Shown here: piece by piece, positions 63,923 to 64,000 of the stretch
Position numbering within the stretch: the first letter of the stretch is position 1
Layout: each line of letters begins with the position of its first letter
Sequence record: NC_027356.1
Length of the DNA stretch: 64,000 nt
DNA from: Escherichia phage DT57C
Direction: 5' to 3' (one strand)
The notes under the pieces: model-generated
Databases searched by the model: none
What the model was told of the DNA's origin: nothing
What the model saw: only the letters and a program-made list of their open reading frames with translations
Translations under genes and position numbers: made by a program

Positions 63923-64000
63923 GTCTTGGGGCGAAACTACTGGCGGTTCTAACGATAAAATCGAATTCCTGAAGTTCAACAACGGTATCACTCGTGTTCG
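63916..64000 (+). CDS. Hypothetical protein, 5' partial (continues beyond window)
   Basis: AGAGGAAA RBS then ATG; MAKSWGETTGGSNDKIEFLKFNNGITRV... Confidence 0.45.

Noticed and set aside
1-64000. Integrase, attachment sites or prophage-style lysogeny module
   Set aside because: No integrase/recombinase-like or repressor-like ORF recognised; gene content and promoter pattern fit a virulent T5-like phage

Overview
This window reads as the left arm of a T5-like siphovirus (Tequintavirus-type) genome; all calls were made by eye from the sequence and the supplied ORF track, with no searches run. From left to right: (1) a minus-strand pre-early block with dmp (5'-deoxyribonucleotidase), an A1-type metallophosphoesterase and small neighbours (124-4600); (2) a ~4.5 kb largely non-coding, repeat-rich region (4200-8700) with tandem repeats, DnaA boxes, a LexA-type box, a reiterated 13-mer and a small plus-strand operon, consistent with the T5 injection-stop/terminal-repeat boundary; (3) a long leftward early-gene array (8726-25511) punctuated by near-consensus sigma70 promoters (TTGCTT-17-TATAAT) and hairpin terminators, including two phosphatases, thioredoxin-like protein, endolysin, holin, ClpP-like peptidase, dNMP kinase, a candidate spanin pair and a GrcA-like glycyl-radical protein; (4) a minus-strand tRNA cluster (25.58-31.57 kb, at least ~17 tRNA or tRNA-like genes) interleaved with small ORFs, promoters and ORF-free transcribed stretches; (5) a minus-strand nucleotide-metabolism block (RNase H, thyA, DHFR, nrdB, HNH endonuclease, nrdA, phoH); (6) a divergent promoter region at 43.7-44.07 kb followed by rightward genes: nrdD, small hypotheticals, a 930-aa P-loop ATPase, a two-gene NAD-dependent DNA ligase, DnaB-like helicase, primase, family A DNA polymerase and an SF2 helicase. 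No single gene set stands out as a clearly novel system; the strongest candidates for new biology are the mirror-symmetric repeat/DnaA/LexA architecture, the 13-mer array, and promoter-driven ORF-free stretches that may encode small RNAs. Coordinates of RNA genes and regulatory sites are approximate (a few nt).
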